The notes under the pieces: model-generated
Databases searched by the model: none
Told to the model about the DNA's origin: nothing
Seen by the model: only the letters and a program-made list of their open reading frames with translations
Translations under genes and position numbers: made by a program
Part shown: piece after piece, positions 1 to 9,951 of the stretch
Layout of the letters: every line of letters starts with the position of its first letter
Numbering within the stretch: the stretch's first letter is position 1
Assembly: GCA_963705705.1 (NCBI GenBank)
Contig: CAVPKK010000004.1
Location: 64,001 to 128,000, forward strand
Length of the DNA: 64,000 nt
From: an uncultured bacterium
Lineage (GTDB): Bacteria; Babelota; Babeliae; Babelales; JABCYS01
Direction: 5' to 3'

Positions 1-74
1 TAATAAAAGTAGTGAAGATTATAGATTCATCTTTAGTCGAGGTTATTGCATTTCAAGAGGATCCAACATGTTAA
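1..74 (+). CDS. 3' end of NfeD-like (OB-fold) protein, partial at window edge
   Basis: Frame 3..74 reads IKVVKIIDSSLVEVIAFQEDPTC*, resembles an NfeD C-terminus and overlaps the start of a flotillin gene (usual NfeD-SPFH pairing). Confidence 0.55.
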   Translation, partial: IKVVKIIDSSLVEVIAFQEDPTC

Positions 75-1414
75 ACTTCATTATTCTCGGCAGCTGCATG
101 GTAGCGCTTTTCCTTGTCTTTACATTGATGTATTTGGCAAGTTGTTACCACCGTTGCCCATCCAACAAAATTTTGGTTGTATACGGTAAGGTTGCGGGCC
201 AGCAATCTGCTAAGTGTTACCACGGCGGTGGTGCTTTTGTATGGCCGTTGATTCAAGATTACCATTACTTGGATTTAACCCCGATCGCGATTCACGTACC
301 ATTAAAATCAGCTTTATCTCAACAAAACATCCGTATCAATGTGCCGAGCACGTTTACCGTTGCTTTGGATACTACGCTTGAGTCAATGAATAATGCTGCA
401 GTTCGGTTATTGGGATTGACGCTTAAAGATGTAGAGCTGATGGCAACTGAAATTATTATTGGTCAGTTACGGTTAACCGTTGCCTCGTTGCGAATTGAAG
501 AGATCAATCAAGATCGCGAACGCTTTTTGTTTGAAATCAGAAAACATATCGAGCCGGAGCTAAAGAAAATCGGTCTCATGCTATTGAACGTGAATATTAC
601 CGATATCACCGATGAATCTGGCTATATCGAAAGCATTGGTAAAAAATCAATCGCAACAGCGCTCAACCAAGCGAAGATCGATGTAGCAGAGCAGGAAAAA
701 CTTGGTGACATTGGTAAATCACTTGCGGAAAAGGAGCGACGAATCCAAGTGGCCGCTTATAACGCACAAGCTGTTGAAGGTGAAAACGAATCTAAAGCAC
801 GCATTGCCAATTTCAATGCGCAACTTACTGAGCAAGAATCTGAGGCAGATCGCCGCGGTAAAATTTCTCAGCAAAATGCCTGGGCAGAGATTAATATTGC
901 CAAAAGCGCTGCAGAGTTAAAACGACTCGAGGCAGAAGAGATTGTGCCGAAGAGAATTGATAAGCAAAAAGTAGAAATTGCTGCATCTGCAGAAGCTGAA
1001 AAGCATAAGATTGATGCATATGCTAAAGCAGCCGCGATCTTGGCGGTTAAAGAGGCTGAAGCTCAAGGTATTTTACAAATCCTGAAGGCAAAGGCGGATG
1101 GCTATAGAATGCTTATTGATTCTTGTTCATCAAACGCACAGGATGCGGCTACCATGCTCATGGTTGAAAAGCTTGAGGAAATGGTGAAGATGCAAACCGA
1201 AGCCATCAAAAATATCAAGATTGATAAGATCACGGTATGGGATAGCGCTGGAAAAGGCGAAAGCTCAACCGCTAACTTTTTGAGCAGCTTGGTAAAATCA
1301 CTTCCTCCTTTGCATGATGTTGCAGCCATGTCCGGCGTAAAACTGCCTGACTTTTTAGGTGATATGGATATACCGCCACAGCACGAGAAAAATCCTACTC
1401 AACCAACTCTGTAA
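68..1414 (+). CDS. Flotillin/SPFH-domain membrane protein
   Basis: N-terminal TM, GGGAFVWPLIQ SPFH signature, AEAE-rich coiled coil, IKIDKITVWD C-terminal motif. Confidence 0.92.
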   Translation: MLNFIILGSCMVALFLVFTLMYLASCYHRCPSNKILVVYGKVAGQQSAKCYHGGGAFVWPLIQDYHYLDLTPIAIHVPLKSALSQQNIRINVPSTFTVALDTTLESMNNAAVRLLGLTLKDVELMATEIIIGQLRLTVASLRIEEINQDRERFLFEIRKHIEPELKKIGLMLLNVNITDITDESGYIESIGKKSIATALNQAKIDVAEQEKLGDIGKSLAEKERRIQVAAYNAQAVEGENESKARIANFNAQLTEQESEADRRGKISQQNAWAEINIAKSAAELKRLEAEEIVPKRIDKQKVEIAASAEAEKHKIDAYAKAAAILAVKEAEAQGILQILKAKADGYRMLIDSCSSNAQDAATMLMVEKLEEMVKMQTEAIKNIKIDKITVWDSAGKGESSTANFLSSLVKSLPPLHDVAAMSGVKLPDFLGDMDIPPQHEKNPTQPTL

Positions 1415-1430
1415 TCGTATTACATTATTT

Positions 1431-1473
1431 GCTGCCATCATGAGTCACAGCTTTTGGTGGCAGCTTTTTTTTT
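1431..1473 (+). terminator. Rho-independent terminator
   Basis: GCTGCCA...TGGCAGC stem followed by a long T run. Confidence 0.75.
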
Positions 1474-1551
1474 GGCCTTAATGCCAGTTGGCCAAAATCA
1501 ATTCAAGAGTTAAATTTGTGAGCTATTGGATATAGAAACTAAAGGAGAAAA

Positions 1552-2073
1552 ATGAAGCCAAAACGAATTATGATCTTCGGCCGGCCAGGAAGTGGCAAAA
1601 CAACCTTTGCGCTTGAACTTGGCAAACGTTTACATCTGCCGGTGTTCCATCTTGATAAATATGCGTGGCAGGCCAACTGGGTTGAACGGCCAAATGCCGA
1701 ATTCATGGAATTACAATATGAACTGGTCCAGAAACCGGAATGGATTATTGATGGCAATCATCCCTGGAGTTTTGATGTTCGTTATAGCAAAGCTGATATA
1801 GCCATCTATTTTGATTACTCGCGCTCTGTTTGCCTATTGCGTTTGCTCAAGCGCTATTTATCTAAAAATCGAACCATTGACGATCGGGCTGAAGGCTGCG
1901 GTGAAAAAATCAGTATGATGCTTTTGCGCTATATGTGGCATTTCCAGAAATATGTAGATGCGCGAATCCCTACGCTCGAGACCTTGTTTCCCCAAGTGAA
2001 ATATTACGTTGTGCATAATGACCGGGAAGCAGATGCATTACTTAAAAAGCTTACCGTCGAAGATGAAAATTAA
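1552..2073 (+). CDS. Topology modulation protein FlaR-like P-loop kinase
   Basis: GRPGSGKTT Walker A, HLD, WIIDGN motifs; AAGGAG SD. Confidence 0.85.
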   Translation: MKPKRIMIFGRPGSGKTTFALELGKRLHLPVFHLDKYAWQANWVERPNAEFMELQYELVQKPEWIIDGNHPWSFDVRYSKADIAIYFDYSRSVCLLRLLKRYLSKNRTIDDRAEGCGEKISMMLLRYMWHFQKYVDARIPTLETLFPQVKYYVVHNDREADALLKKLTVEDEN

Positions 2074-2413
2074 TAAAAAATAATTATTTCTCAGCAGTGC
2101 CATAAAAAAAGGCCCTCAGAAATCGAATTCAATTGATTTTCGCAAATAAGGTAATAGCTTTATTCATGGAAATACCTATTTTTCAACCAATTCGATGGTA
2201 GATATATTGCTGCTGAATCGCTCTTTTTTTTAATTCTTCGCTTTATTAAAAATTGCTCTGCCTGTAACATTTTGGACAGCAATAGGCGCATCCATTGGAC
2301 AAAGAGAGCCAATTTCATGTATTTTTAACTAAAATTACATAGGCGAGCCCAAAATTCTGCAAAATCGCTGGACTCTTTTTTTGAATGAACAGCCAAGAAA
2401 TTTAATGATACAT

Positions 2414-2983
2414 ATGAGCCAAAGAACAATCCTCTCCCCATCAATTCCCATCGAAGATTTCCGCAGCTTCTATTGGCTCAAAAAAGAGCTTCAGAATTTT
2501 TGTAGCAAGCAGGGATTATCAACGTCTGGCAGTAAGCACGAACTACAGAACGGAATTGAGCAATTTTTGAATAGCGGCACGATAGAAAAATCGAACCATA
2601 AAGTGCGTCAATCTATATCTTCGGAAGAAGAGTTGTCACTTGATACTACTGTACCTCAAGGTTTTACTTGCACACGCAAAGCTCGCGACTTTTTAATTGA
2701 ACATGCCGGCAGAAAATTTAAATATACTGTAGCCCTGCAACGCTATATTAAAACAAACCCAGGAATAACATTTCGGCAGCTCATTGATGAATGGAAGCGC
2801 CAAGCTAATCTAAAAAAAGCGGGATTAAAAACTAAAATAGGCAGCCAGTTCGAATATAATCAGTTCACCCGCGATTTTTTTGCCGATCACCGCAATAAAG
2901 GCAAATCTCGGGAAGAATATATTGCGGCATGGTATGCTGTGCGCAGCTCCCGCGGGCCACGAAAACATCTGCCAAAAGATTGA
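2414..2983 (+). CDS. SAP-domain / DUF6434-type protein
   Basis: FYWLKKELQNFC..GLSTSGSKHEL SAP motif; QFEYNQFTRDFFAD C-terminal motif; start codon uncertain (2381-2414). Confidence 0.75.
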   Translation: MSQRTILSPSIPIEDFRSFYWLKKELQNFCSKQGLSTSGSKHELQNGIEQFLNSGTIEKSNHKVRQSISSEEELSLDTTVPQGFTCTRKARDFLIEHAGRKFKYTVALQRYIKTNPGITFRQLIDEWKRQANLKKAGLKTKIGSQFEYNQFTRDFFADHRNKGKSREEYIAAWYAVRSSRGPRKHLPKD

Positions 2984-3060
2984 GTGGTATGCACCCAAAC
3001 ATGCCGTACTATCCGGTGCGCAATGATAATGAAGCCGATAATTTGATAAAACAATTTTAC
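2980..3060 (+). pseudogene. Stranded 3'-end remnant of a FlaR-like gene
   Basis: Reads LSGMHPNMPYYPVRNDNEADNLIKQF, which aligns to LETLFPQVKYYVVHNDREADALLKKL at the end of 1552..2073. Confidence 0.65.
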
Positions 3061-3076
3061 GATCTAAAGAAACATA

Positions 3077-3478
3077 ATGAAAAAGATACGATTTAAAGCT
3101 GAAAAATTAATACGCGATAAAATGCCTAACAACCTGCGTAACAAAGGCATCATCGCAGGCACGAAAGATTTATCGCACCAAGAATATTTGGCGCTGCTCA
3201 AAGAAAAACTGGTTGAAGAGGCCAAGGAAGTATACGAAAGCAAGGACAGCGCCGAGCTCATTGAGGAAATAGCTGACGTATTGGAAGTCATTTATACCCT
3301 CGCAAAAGCGCACACGATTGATATGGAACAAATCGAAGGAGTCCGTTTGCAAAAATATGCAAAACGCGGCGGTTTTGAAAACAAAACTTATTGCACAATA
3401 TTTGAAATGGATGAATCTCATCCTGATATTGGCTATTATTTGGGCAAGCCGGAAATATATCCTCAGATAAGCGAATAA
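3077..3478 (+). CDS. MazG-like / phosphoribosyl-ATP pyrophosphohydrolase family NTP pyrophosphatase
   Basis: KLIRDKMP, KLVEEAKE, EEIADVLEV, KRGGF motifs. Confidence 0.85.
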   Translation: MKKIRFKAEKLIRDKMPNNLRNKGIIAGTKDLSHQEYLALLKEKLVEEAKEVYESKDSAELIEEIADVLEVIYTLAKAHTIDMEQIEGVRLQKYAKRGGFENKTYCTIFEMDESHPDIGYYLGKPEIYPQISE

Positions 3479-3618
3479 TGGTAGACAAATCATGCAACAT
3501 CAATCGCAAAGCATTCTCTCTCATCCAATTTCAGTCTGGTCAAAAGTTTGCTGGAGTCGCTGCATGCAAGCTGTTTAAAGTTTTTTACGGCGCCTAGCCG
3601 ACATTGAGAAAATAAGGA

Positions 3619-5607
3619 ATGAAAAATTTTACCTTTTTAGCATTAGCTACAACCACAGTCGTACTAATGGTAGTGATCAAACATATGGAAATAAAAAAAG
3701 ACCAACCCTACGGCTCTTGGCAATCGCCAATTACAGCCGATAACGTTGCCCAGGATGTAATAGCTTTTAAAGAAGCTTACCTTGCTAATGGCATTATCTA
3801 TTGGTTAGAAAGCCGGCCACTAGAAAATGGGCGTACCGTTTTAATGTCATTCGACAAAGAAAAAGGAACGCATGAGCTTTTACCCAAAGATTACGGCGTG
3901 CGAAGCGGCGTTCATGGTTATGGCGGAGGTGCACTTCTTATAGTGAAGATTGATCGCGAAAATCAGATTTATTTTGTTCGCGATTCAGATCAGCAAATAT
4001 ATTTGCTAGATAATAAACATGAGATACGCAAAATCACCTCATATCCTCAAGCGCGCTTTGCAGATGGATGTATACACCCAGACAAAAAATCTCTTTTTTA
4101 TGTGATGGAAGAGCATATAAATAATAAGGTGCTTAACTCAATAGTTAAAACAGATATCGCGACCGGATCCGTCGATAAAATTGCGGACGGGAATGATTTT
4201 TATGCTCAACCGCGCATAAACCCCAATGGGTCGAAGCTCGTTTATACTACCTGGAACCACCCCAATATGTCGTGGGATGGCTGCGAACTTTGGGAAATTG
4301 ATCTTGCTACCGGCGCCAAGAAATTACTCGGCGGAAATGAACAATCCGTGGTAGATCCGCAATGGTCGGCAGATGGGAAGCTCCACTTCGTTTCCGATAA
4401 AACAGGTTGGTGGAATATCTATCGCAACGCGGATGAAAAACCGCTCTTAGGCCAAGAAGCTGAGTATGCATTGCCTGGCTTTTTCTTTGGCAGATCGCTC
4501 TATGGATTTTCAGGAGACAGTATTGTCGCAAGCAATATCATCAAGGGTGTACATTATTTTGTAAGGATCCTTGGCAATGGCTCAATTGAAAAAATCGATT
4601 TGCCATTTACCAGCGTACGAACCCTGTCGGTTGAAGATAACCATATGGTACTCATTGCGGGCTCACCACATCAGCCAATGGGCATAATGTTGGTCAATCT
4701 CCAAGACCAATCGCATCGCGTTATTGCTTCATCTTGTAAGTTATCGCTGGACCCACAACTCATATCTGAACCACAGCTTCTTGAATTTTCGACTTCAGAT
4801 AATCAGCAAGCTTATGCATTCTATTACGCACCCAAAAACCCGAAATATCAGGGAATAAGTGGCGAAAAACCGCCGCTTTTAGTTCGCGCACATGGTGGCC
4901 CGACGGCGCAATTTCCTCTTTGCTTGTCTCTGGATATTGCTTATTGGACTTCGCGCGGCTTTGCCTTAGTTGATGTGAATTATCGCGGAAGCACCGGATA
5001 TGGCCGGGCTTATCGCAATAGCTTGCGCGAAAAATGGGGGTTGTATGATGTAGATGATTGCGTCAATGCAGCAAATTATTGTGTTGAACAAGGTTTAGCC
5101 GATAAAAATCGCTTAGCCATTGAAGGCGGCAGTGCCGGCGGTTTCACCACCTTAGCCGCTTTAGCAACTCGAAATGTCTTTCAAGTTGGTGCTAACTATT
5201 ATGGTGTGAGCAACCTTGAAAAGCTCGTGTTGGAAACTCATAAATTTCAGTCGCATTATCTATTCGGCCTTATTGGCAAATATCCAAATGCACGCCATGT
5301 GTATTTAGAACGATCGCCCCTTTTTCAGGTAGATGCCATCAAGAAACCAGTAATCATCTTCCAAGGCGAAAAAGATACTATTGTGCCACCTTCGCAATCG
5401 GATGTGATTTACCATAGCCTTGTTGAAAGAGGGATACCTACTGCATATATCCTCTATAAAGATGAAGGGCATGTATTTAGCAAAGCACCGAATATTAAAA
5501 ATGCGTTGGAAGCGCAACGGTACTTCTTTTCGACAATTTTAAAGATACCAATTCAAGAAAATATACCGCACATTGATATAACTAATTTTGATAAAATGGC
5601 TCAGTAG
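3619..5607 (+). CDS. S9 (prolyl oligopeptidase/acylaminoacyl peptidase) family peptidase with N-terminal hydrophobic segment
   Basis: PYGSWQSPI, HGGPT, GGSAGG nucleophile, FQGEKD, EGH triad. Confidence 0.93.
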   Translation: MKNFTFLALATTTVVLMVVIKHMEIKKDQPYGSWQSPITADNVAQDVIAFKEAYLANGIIYWLESRPLENGRTVLMSFDKEKGTHELLPKDYGVRSGVHGYGGGALLIVKIDRENQIYFVRDSDQQIYLLDNKHEIRKITSYPQARFADGCIHPDKKSLFYVMEEHINNKVLNSIVKTDIATGSVDKIADGNDFYAQPRINPNGSKLVYTTWNHPNMSWDGCELWEIDLATGAKKLLGGNEQSVVDPQWSADGKLHFVSDKTGWWNIYRNADEKPLLGQEAEYALPGFFFGRSLYGFSGDSIVASNIIKGVHYFVRILGNGSIEKIDLPFTSVRTLSVEDNHMVLIAGSPHQPMGIMLVNLQDQSHRVIASSCKLSLDPQLISEPQLLEFSTSDNQQAYAFYYAPKNPKYQGISGEKPPLLVRAHGGPTAQFPLCLSLDIAYWTSRGFALVDVNYRGSTGYGRAYRNSLREKWGLYDVDDCVNAANYCVEQGLADKNRLAIEGGSAGGFTTLAALATRNVFQVGANYYGVSNLEKLVLETHKFQSHYLFGLIGKYPNARHVYLERSPLFQVDAIKKPVIIFQGEKDTIVPPSQSDVIYHSLVERGIPTAYILYKDEGHVFSKAPNIKNALEAQRYFFSTILKIPIQENIPHIDITNFDKMAQ

Positions 5608-5673
5608 CATGAGATTTCGAAACTTTCTTCTAAGAAGATCTAGCTGCAGCCCGATACCAAAATAGGAACATTT

Positions 5674-6216
5674 GTGAACGAGCAATTGGAATATACCATT
5701 CGAAAAGGCACATCCGAGGATTTTCTTCCACTTAAAGAACTTTACCAAAAAGTGGCGGCGATACCTGGCGGCTTAGCAAGAAGCCGTGATGAAATTACCG
5801 ATACTTATATCCATACAAATTTAACAAATGCATTACATACCGGCCTCATTTTTGTAGCCGAATATCACGGGAAACTTATCGGCTCAATATTGGCTTGGAA
5901 GCTTGAACAAAAAGTGTTTGCTCATGTGCTTTCACAAACCAGCATCCTGGTAGATCCTGATTTTCAAGGCAAAGGCATTGGTTCAAAACTTATTGCTACA
6001 ATGTTGGATGAGATCAAACAACACAAGCCAGATATTTTGCGTGTTGAATTAATGGCTCGTGAATCCAATCCAGCAATCAAACTCTATGAGCGAATGGGCT
6101 TCAGGCACGAGGGCGCCTTTGAGAAAAGAATTCTTGGCATCACTGGCACCTTCGAAGCCGATATACCCATGGCGTGGTTCAATCCAAACTTCGATGCAAC
6201 AGCTATCCGAAAGTAG
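5674..6216 (+). CDS. GNAT family N-acetyltransferase
   Basis: VDPDFQGKGIGSKL, NPAIKLYERMGF. Confidence 0.9.
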   Translation: MNEQLEYTIRKGTSEDFLPLKELYQKVAAIPGGLARSRDEITDTYIHTNLTNALHTGLIFVAEYHGKLIGSILAWKLEQKVFAHVLSQTSILVDPDFQGKGIGSKLIATMLDEIKQHKPDILRVELMARESNPAIKLYERMGFRHEGAFEKRILGITGTFEADIPMAWFNPNFDATAIRK

Positions 6217-6225
6217 AGAATTTCC

Positions 6226-6720
6226 ATGATGCCAATTCGCAATGCGGTACGTGTACTGCTATTAAATGGTGATAAATTACTTTTAATGTGCATCGAAGAT
6301 TTTGATATTAGCGCTCCAAATAGCAAACCAAACAAACGATTTTGGTGCACAATCGGCGGCGGTATTGAATCAGGCGAATCGATTCAAGAAGCGGCTATGC
6401 GCGAAATTTATGAGGAAACTAGCCTAAGCTCCGAGAACATAGAACTTGGGCCTATTGTATGGCAAAGCGATCTCAATCTAATGCTTCGCGGCACATTAAC
6501 GCGTTTTAAAGAAGTATACGTTGTGGCCAAAACCAGCACCCATAATGTAAGCCTCCATCAGCCAACGCAGGCCGAACTAGACATCGTCAAAGAGCTGAAG
6601 TGGTTCACACTGGAAGAGATTAAACAATGCCCGGATGTCATTTTCCCAACTTCACTGCCGCAGCATTTACCTGATATATTGGCCGGAATTTATTCCGAAG
6701 AACCAATTCTAATTAAATAA
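6226..6720 (+). CDS. NUDIX hydrolase
   Basis: GGGIESGESIQEAAMREIYEET Nudix box. Confidence 0.9.
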   Translation: MMPIRNAVRVLLLNGDKLLLMCIEDFDISAPNSKPNKRFWCTIGGGIESGESIQEAAMREIYEETSLSSENIELGPIVWQSDLNLMLRGTLTRFKEVYVVAKTSTHNVSLHQPTQAELDIVKELKWFTLEEIKQCPDVIFPTSLPQHLPDILAGIYSEEPILIK

Positions 6721-6916
6721 GTATGGTGCATCGAAATCAGACTTATCGATGATTCGGCATCGCCTGCCATGAGACAACCTGAAATCTTTATACAATAATG
6801 CTTGATTCTGTCATTGGGTATTTGCGCGGTTACCCATATGTTGCTACCATCGATATAATCATCTAGTAACTCCACTGAATAAACCTACCTCAGCATCTTG
6901 TTTAAAGGATTAACAT

Positions 6917-7384
6917 ATGGCCAATAAGCACCAAAACGAAAAAAATATTCCTCTCAATCAAATACAAGAAGTGCCAACCGAAGAGCTACAAATTGACGCT
7001 GAGTATGCGGCATTTGAGGAAGCGCTTAAAGAGGAAGCTCGCCGAATAGCTCGTGAAAATCCTGAAATGTCCATGGATGAGGATACACTCGATTCAGTAA
7101 CGAATGCCGTCATGTTAGAAATCATGCTCACAGAAAATCCAGAATTAACAGTGGCAGACATTCCGGAATTACACTATTTAGCAACTGAATGGATTAACGA
7201 TCCGCTGGAGGAACTTGGAGGGCTTACGCCACTTGAGGCAGTAAAAAATGATGAGTATCGTGATACGGTAGATATGCTATTGGTCGAAATGGACAATAGC
7301 CCAAGCGAGAAAGTCCAAAAGCTAATGGATCCCATCGTAGCAGATCTACGCACTCAGCTTGGCTTACTTAATACAGAAGAGTAA
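6917..7384 (+). CDS. Acidic protein with MbcA/ParS/Xre antitoxin C-terminal-like (DUF2384-like) motif
   Basis: WINDPLEELGGLTPLEAV motif; AAGGA SD. Confidence 0.6.
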   Translation: MANKHQNEKNIPLNQIQEVPTEELQIDAEYAAFEEALKEEARRIARENPEMSMDEDTLDSVTNAVMLEIMLTENPELTVADIPELHYLATEWINDPLEELGGLTPLEAVKNDEYRDTVDMLLVEMDNSPSEKVQKLMDPIVADLRTQLGLLNTEE

Positions 7385-7448
7385 CCAACCCGAGGCAGAG
7401 TAGTAAGAGACATGATTTGTTGCAGAAAGTACAGAGTAACAAAATTGT

Positions 7449-8003
7449 ATGAATATTATCACCATTGACCAACATCTAACCCTCGAGCCTCTAACAATGC
7501 ATTATGCGCCTGCTATCTTTAATCTGGTTGAAAAAAATCGCTCATATCTGAGAGCATGGCTTCCCTGGCTGGATCATTCAAAAACTGTCCAGGACACCGA
7601 ATTCTTCATTCGACAAGATTTGGAACAGCGTGCAAAGAACCAATCAATGACATTCGTTGTTTGCCTTGATAGAAACCCATTAGGCATGGTTGGGTTTAAA
7701 GATATCAGCATGGAAAATCGTCGTGCCAAAATTGGCTATTGGCTTACTGAAGATTCTCAGGGCAAAGGCATCATGACCGTAGCCGTACGAGCCTTACTGA
7801 ATTATGGCTTCGAAGACCTTAAGCTCAATAAAATTGAGATCGAGGCCGCCGTTGGCAACAACAAAAGTAATGCTATTCCCGAACGTCTTGGCTTCTTAAA
7901 AGAAGGTGTAATCCGAGATGGCGAATGGCTCTATGATCATTTTGTTGATTTAGCTGTATACGGCATGCGGGCGGCAGAATGGGAACGCACAACTAAGAAT
8001 TAA
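7449..8003 (+). CDS. RimJ/RimL family N-acetyltransferase
   Basis: NRSYLRAWLPW, IGYWL..QGKGIMT, PERLGF..EG..RDGEWLYDHFVD. Confidence 0.92.
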   Translation: MNIITIDQHLTLEPLTMHYAPAIFNLVEKNRSYLRAWLPWLDHSKTVQDTEFFIRQDLEQRAKNQSMTFVVCLDRNPLGMVGFKDISMENRRAKIGYWLTEDSQGKGIMTVAVRALLNYGFEDLKLNKIEIEAAVGNNKSNAIPERLGFLKEGVIRDGEWLYDHFVDLAVYGMRAAEWERTTKN

Positions 8004-8034
8004 GTGGAGACCAGCTTTCTACAATTCTTTTAAC

Positions 8035-8208
8035 TGCCCACTGGATGCCCTTGAACAAGGTAAAGCAGCGCGTGGCACATCGCCAAAGGGCCATGCACGT
8101 AGCCACTATCCCACGGTATATGGCAATAATAAATATGATCTACGGGTAAACTCAGATCGCAGTACCGCACAAGAAATAGCGCAACAGTTACAAGCTTTGG
8201 TTAAATGA
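8035..8208 (+). pseudogene. C-terminal fragment of a chloramphenicol phosphotransferase (CPT)-family kinase
   Basis: CPLDALEQGKAARGTSPKGHARSHYPTVYGNNKYDLRVNSDRSTAQEIAQQLQALVK*; no start codon or P-loop half. Confidence 0.7.
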
Positions 8209-8264
8209 AATTAAGATTTTGTTAAAATGGATGCCTAATATATCAACTAAGGGAGACCCTAATA

Positions 8265-9236
8265 ATGTTTAAGTTTATCATTGCACTATCTGCACTCACC
8301 CTACTCACCACCATACAAGCTTCGCAGCTATCAAGCTCAATAAGCTCATCTCGAGGCATTGGTTATAAAGCATATGTAGATCAACAGGCCATTCGGCCAG
8401 GCCAAGTGCGCATAGCAAAAGCAGGCGTTAAACAAAAAATTGAGGAGGCCGTTGAAAAAGGGTATGTGCGAAGCAACGATCAAAGTTTTAGTGATATCCA
8501 GTTCGATAATGGATCAAGTATAATCCCGGAATCTAATGCCCTGCCTGTCGTACTCGTTAACATTGATGGTAAAGATTGGATGATATTACTAGACGGTCAC
8601 CATGATTTTTTGGCCAACAAAGCAGTCGGTGGCAAAACGGTACCTATTGAAATTAAGGATAGAATACGCAACGAACATGATGTCTGGAGTTTTTTGAAAA
8701 CAAAAGGCTATGTTTATACCCAATCTCTTGATGGCAAGGATGCCAAACAATTACCAGCATCATTCGATCAGTTAGAAGATGATCCATATCGCTACTTTGT
8801 GAAGTTAGCTATGTGGGAGGCCAAAACTCCACAGACACCATTTGAGCAGTCCAAGCCAGGAACTAAAGGTTTAACCAATCCACTGGCCGTCAAATGGAAA
8901 GATAAAAAATTTAATGGCTGGCATGTTGAATACGAAAAATCAAAATATGCGACCATTAATCTGCCTTTTGTAGAATTTGCCGTTGCTGATTTGTTATATA
9001 AATACGCCAAGCAATTTGGTTTCGATTACAAAGCAGGCGACGAAAAAGATCTTAAGACCTTCCAAGAAATGGTAGAAAAAGCACGTGCCATTATTGTACG
9101 ACATGGTCATGAAGATTATAGGATCTGCAGTTTTAATGTGATACAAAGTCGGCAGATTGCGGAAACTTTAATAAAAGAAAAAACAATCTGCAGCTATGTT
9201 GCGCCGTACATTTCCGCCGAAATTTCTAAGTCTTAA
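8265..9236 (+). CDS. Exported ParB-like (ParBc_2-type) domain protein
   Basis: Signal peptide; IRPGQ, LLDGHH, LPASFDQLEDDPYR, PFVEF motifs. Confidence 0.7.
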   Translation: MFKFIIALSALTLLTTIQASQLSSSISSSRGIGYKAYVDQQAIRPGQVRIAKAGVKQKIEEAVEKGYVRSNDQSFSDIQFDNGSSIIPESNALPVVLVNIDGKDWMILLDGHHDFLANKAVGGKTVPIEIKDRIRNEHDVWSFLKTKGYVYTQSLDGKDAKQLPASFDQLEDDPYRYFVKLAMWEAKTPQTPFEQSKPGTKGLTNPLAVKWKDKKFNGWHVEYEKSKYATINLPFVEFAVADLLYKYAKQFGFDYKAGDEKDLKTFQEMVEKARAIIVRHGHEDYRICSFNVIQSRQIAETLIKEKTICSYVAPYISAEISKS

Positions 9237-9264
9237 TGCCACGATACTGTGTGTATAAAATAGG

Positions 9265-9792
9265 TTAATCTGCCTTACAGGCATCACCATGATGGCAACA
9301 TTTGTCGCCACAGGTTTCGCATTCTTCTTCTTTTTGGCCTCTGGTCCAAATATGCTCATCTGGCATCTCATGGAAAAGTTCCAAATATTTTTCTGCGAAA
9401 TCATCGTAGGCAATCTTTGCCTGCTCAGGATCTAATTTTTTATTTACATGATCACGTGGATCGTGATGAATGAATCGGCCGGCAAAATGCTCGCAAAAAC
9501 TTTGATACTCTTGGGTAAAGAGCAAAAATGTGTGCCAAAAATCATCTACTTCCTTACTAAACATGGGGAATTTACTTGCGGGATAAAGAGCACACAAGGT
9601 TAGATATCGCCTTAATTCTTGTTCATGCTTTTTTGCCGTTTGGCATGGTACATTATAATCCTTTTTATAACGCTCAATTACACGATCCATTGAAAAGCCT
9701 TGAACAGCTTTTACAACAGCCATGGGTTGTCGGTGAGCAGCCGCATGCATTGATGTAATCACCAGAAAAGATGCAAGAATTGATTTCTTCAT
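9265..9792 (-). CDS. Exported glycine-rich-domain-protein-like (GRDP/DUF1399-type) protein
   Basis: E.RRYL.L...P....SKEVDDFWHTFLLFTQEYQSFC.....FIHHDP signature; signal peptide; Cys/His tail. Confidence 0.7.
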   Translation of the reverse strand: MKKSILASFLVITSMHAAAHRQPMAVVKAVQGFSMDRVIERYKKDYNVPCQTAKKHEQELRRYLTLCALYPASKFPMFSKEVDDFWHTFLLFTQEYQSFCEHFAGRFIHHDPRDHVNKKLDPEQAKIAYDDFAEKYLELFHEMPDEHIWTRGQKEEECETCGDKCCHHGDACKAD

Positions 9793-9951
9793 ACCTAAAC
9801 CCTTCGATTCGAATATTTAATTAAATTAAACAGACTAAATCAATCTATAAGAAGGTATTGCCTTGTCAATGCGCCTGGAATCTCACCCCTGCATCAAGCA
9901 TCTAAAACAAACCCCTCGATTTTAACCATGGAACCATTGCTAAAATCTTTT

